In this document: positions 61,118 to 64,000 of the stretch, in pieces
How positions within the stretch are numbered: position 1 is the first letter of the stretch
How the letters are laid out: each line of letters opens with the position of its first letter
Origin: an uncultured Methanosarcinales archaeon
GTDB taxonomy: Archaea; Nanobdellota; Nanobdellia; Woesearchaeales; CAZYIM01
Length of the DNA: 64,000 nt
Assembly: GCA_964647565.1 (NCBI GenBank)
Contig: CAZYIM010000003.1
Coordinates: forward strand, 1 to 64,000
Direction of reading: 5' to 3'
Made by a program: the position numbers and the translations under genes
The notes under the pieces: model-generated
Databases searched by the model: none
What the model was told of the DNA's origin: nothing
The model's input: the letters and a program-made list of their open reading frames with translations, nothing else

Positions 61118-62607
61118 AAGAATTCAAAACCATTCGTAAGAGAGTGAATATGCTGAATCCTGGAATCTGGAATCCGTTGAGCCAAACAAGTGATTTTGTT
61201 AAGAAGACACACGGTATTCGAATGAAAACTGTCTATAGTTATTACAAGAATCATAATTTGATCTCCTTTTATGAAACCACTGAACTGGAAAAAGTTTCAG
61301 ATTTTATTTTTAAAAAGATAATAAACAACAAGAGTTATGTCACAATTTGTTATGGGCAGCAGAAAGAAGCAGGTAAAAAGAGTATCGAACTTTACAAGAA
61401 GATTCTAGATATGGATCTGGACAAAAAATCTGTCAAAGAACTGTTAGATATTTATAGGAAAATAAAAGAGAGCTGGCTATATTTTGACGGTTTGAATGTG
61501 CTTCCATGGTTCCAGGGCAGTGATAAGCTTTCAGAACACATTTCTACAATTTTAAGGATTGAGTATAATATTCCTGAGCCAGATATACAATTGTTGTTGA
61601 CTACGCCTGAGAAATCGTTTACAATGGATGAGGAGGCTGGATTCCTAAAGCTGCTCCTGAGAGTAAAAGAAAAGAAGTTGGAACCTCTTTTCAGTAAGGA
61701 GAAGTTAATTAGAACTGATCTGCCTGAAGATATTCTTGAGGGGATAAACGAACTTGCTAAAGCATTCCACTGGGTTCCATTTGACTATGATGGTCCTGCA
61801 GTCTATGATGAGACTCATTATATCAAGCAGATCAGACTACATATTGATGATCCTTTCGATCAAATAACTGTAAAGATTGATCACATAGCTAATTATGAAA
61901 AAGAGATGAACGCAAAGCATTCAGAACTGTTGAAGAGATATTCAGTAAGCCAGCACCTGCAACGATTGTTATCAGACCTCTATCTTCTTACTGTAATGAC
62001 TGATGAAAGAAAGGCTGTTCATTTCAGGCTGCACCTAGTTTTTAGAAATGTTCTAGAATCCCTCAGTACCAAGCTCAGCATCCTATTCCTGGACATCAAG
62101 TATCTTATATATGATGAGATTAAGGAATTCCAAAATGATTCTGCTAGGCTAAAAAAAATCTCTCAGACAAGGCAGGATGAACCATTCCTAGTGTATAAGG
62201 TTGAAGATCATGATATTGAATTTATCCGAGGGAAAAAAATGGAGGATATCCTGCACCGAGCTCTTGACATGGATGACGTTGACTTTGTCAAGGGACAGGT
62301 TGCTTCTATAGGTGTGGGAACGGTTACTGGTACTGCAAGGCTTATCCTTGAGACTGATGATCTTCCCAAGATGAAACAGGGAGATATCCTGATTGCAACC
62401 ATGACAACCCCTAATCTGGTACCTGCAATGAGAAAAGCTGCAGCAATTGTGACAGATGAAGGCGGAGTTACATGCCATGCAGCTATTGTATCAAGAGAAC
62501 TTGGTCTGCCATGCATAATTGGTACTGATAATGCGACTGTATTATTTAAGGATGGCGACCTTGTAGAGGTTGATGCAAAGAAAGGCATCGCGAGGAAACT
62601 GAAATGA
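61114..62607 (+). CDS. Array gene 11: helical domain + phosphohistidine swivel domain
   Basis: TDEGGVTCHAAIVSREL; ATGA overlap. Confidence 0.9.
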   Translation: MKEFKTIRKRVNMLNPGIWNPLSQTSDFVKKTHGIRMKTVYSYYKNHNLISFYETTELEKVSDFIFKKIINNKSYVTICYGQQKEAGKKSIELYKKILDMDLDKKSVKELLDIYRKIKESWLYFDGLNVLPWFQGSDKLSEHISTILRIEYNIPEPDIQLLLTTPEKSFTMDEEAGFLKLLLRVKEKKLEPLFSKEKLIRTDLPEDILEGINELAKAFHWVPFDYDGPAVYDETHYIKQIRLHIDDPFDQITVKIDHIANYEKEMNAKHSELLKRYSVSQHLQRLLSDLYLLTVMTDERKAVHFRLHLVFRNVLESLSTKLSILFLDIKYLIYDEIKEFQNDSARLKKISQTRQDEPFLVYKVEDHDIEFIRGKKMEDILHRALDMDDVDFVKGQVASIGVGTVTGTARLILETDDLPKMKQGDILIATMTTPNLVPAMRKAAAIVTDEGGVTCHAAIVSRELGLPCIIGTDNATVLFKDGDLVEVDAKKGIARKLK

Positions 62608-64000
62608 ACGAGATAAACCATATTTTCAAAAGAAAGATTGTAAAGACAAAAGATTTTTCGGTGTTTGATTTTCCAGAAGGTTCAGATTATAGGATAATTG
62701 TTTCTAGGACAACTTGCTTGATGTTAAGATGTGTTTTTCCTTTTATATTGTGCAGCAGATCAAATTACAAGAAACGGGTCGGATATGAGCATTGTTATAC
62801 AGCTGAATATCCTGACCAGTTGATAGTTTTTGACTTTAACCAGTTGGCAGAAGAAGCAAAGATCCTTGAAGAACTATATAAGAAAGATAAGAATATATTT
62901 ATCAAACTTGCAAACCAATGCGAGAAAGAAAGCAAACCGCTTATGGATTTTTCAAAAAAGATCAAAAAAACAGATTTCTCAAATTTACCTGATGAAGAGC
63001 TGCACATCCTGCTTGGCAAATACTTTGATATGGTTGTCAATTTCGACATATTCCTGCTCATACCTCATGCTGCACAAAAGTATCTTGAAAGTGCTCTCAA
63101 TGAATATCTTGAAGGTTTAGACATTAATGATGATAAACGAAGGGAATATCATGATATTTTTTGCACAGCTTACAAAAATAACTTCGGATTCTTTGAGCAG
63201 AAAGATATACTTGAGATCTCGGTTGAATACAAAAACCATGGATTAACATCTGAGATACAAGAGCGCGTAAAAGAACATGCCTTTGAATTTGGCCATATAG
63301 GTTGCAAATATGGTATTGGCAAGGTCTGGGAATATGATGACATCCTAGAACGAGTTAAATTCCTCTCAAAAGAATATCCTGACAAGAAATTGAATGACCT
63401 GCTAGTCTTTGATGCAGAAGTCGAACAGAAACTAAAACAAGCTCTGACTGAACTGAAACCGCCTGTAAAGATAAAGGAGCTTATAGATATTACCAGGACA
63501 TATATCTATATTAGGACATTGAGAACAGATGTGCTTTCAGGCAGTTACGCCAATATAATTCCAATGCTATTTGAGATTGGTAGGAGGAACAAACTTGATA
63601 ATGAGGAAATAATGTTATGTTTTCCTGATGAGATAATTGAAGGAAGATTTCCTTCGAAAGAAACTATAAAAGAGAGGGAATGTGTTGCTATAAAAGCACT
63701 AGATGGAAAGCTCTATTATATGGAAGGTAAAAATGCAAAAAAAGTGGTTAAGAAGATATTATTCCTACTTGAAAAAAAAGAAGGCAACATCAATACAGAT
63801 CAAGTTGAGGGCAATATAGCAAACAAGGGCAAGATCACTGCAAAAGTAAAGATTCTAGTGGACAACTCTGATCTGGGAAAAGTGAATGAGGGCGATATAA
63901 TTGTGGCTGCAATGACGACTCCGGATTTTGTTCCTGCTATGGAGCGCGCAGCAGGTTTTATAACCAATGAGGGCGGCATAACATGCCACGCAGCCATCAT
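62604..64000 (+). CDS. Array gene 12 (runs off window): helical domain + phosphohistidine swivel domain
   Basis: Manual translation from ATG 62604 (MNEINHIFKRKIV...) is in frame with terminal MTTPDFVPAMERAAGFITNEGGITCHAAI. Confidence 0.88.
   Translation, partial: MNEINHIFKRKIVKTKDFSVFDFPEGSDYRIIVSRTTCLMLRCVFPFILCSRSNYKKRVGYEHCYTAEYPDQLIVFDFNQLAEEAKILEELYKKDKNIFIKLANQCEKESKPLMDFSKKIKKTDFSNLPDEELHILLGKYFDMVVNFDIFLLIPHAAQKYLESALNEYLEGLDINDDKRREYHDIFCTAYKNNFGFFEQKDILEISVEYKNHGLTSEIQERVKEHAFEFGHIGCKYGIGKVWEYDDILERVKFLSKEYPDKKLNDLLVFDAEVEQKLKQALTELKPPVKIKELIDITRTYIYIRTLRTDVLSGSYANIIPMLFEIGRRNKLDNEEIMLCFPDEIIEGRFPSKETIKERECVAIKALDGKLYYMEGKNAKKVVKKILFLLEKKEGNINTDQVEGNIANKGKITAKVKILVDNSDLGKVNEGDIIVAAMTTPDFVPAMERAAGFITNEGGITCHAAI

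Noticed and set aside
48092..64000. Annotating the array genes as PEP synthase / pyruvate phosphate dikinase
   Set aside because: Only the His swivel domain is present; no ATP-grasp or PEP/pyruvate-binding barrel motifs are visible
48092..64000. Diversity-generating retroelement or integron as the source of array diversity
   Set aside because: No reverse transcriptase, no adenine-specific TR/VR pair, no integrase and no attC-like spacers in the window
1..64000. CRISPR array or cas genes
   Set aside because: No regularly spaced direct repeats and no cas-like ORFs seen
8214..64000. Numerous 60-220 aa antisense or overlapping ORFs in the track (e.g. 15867-16529, 24058-24570, 60721-61254)
   Set aside because: Shadow frames of well-supported genes on the opposite strand, with no recognisable motifs

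Overview
This is an AT-rich archaeal chromosome segment, most consistent with a DPANN (Woesearchaeota/Nanoarchaeota-like) genome. Markers are rps8e, rpl37e, rpl44e, rps27e, aIF-2alpha, Nop10, Lsm, GINS, a Methanococcus-type S-layer protein, intron-containing tRNAs and BRE/TATA promoters. Region 6.7-23.8 kb is a cluster of secreted, N-glycosylation-sequon-rich surface proteins with RHH/wHTH regulators, a tandemly duplicated three-gene module and two reading-frame breaks. The middle holds purD, two tRNA-Leu genes with two introns each, an intact IS5-family element with a 9-bp target duplication, enolase and a split transketolase. From 48.1 kb to beyond the window end runs the most striking feature: an unbroken, translationally coupled array of at least 12 paralogous genes. 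Each fuses a highly divergent helical N-terminal domain to a conserved phosphohistidine swivel (PEP-utilizer mobile) domain, with no ATP-grasp or PEP-binding domain. This is a candidate modular, diversified phosphotransferase system. A family of at least 7 dispersed intergenic structured elements with a conserved three-way-junction core and covarying stems is also present and matches no RNA family I recognise. All calls are by eye from the sequence and ORF track; no searches were run.
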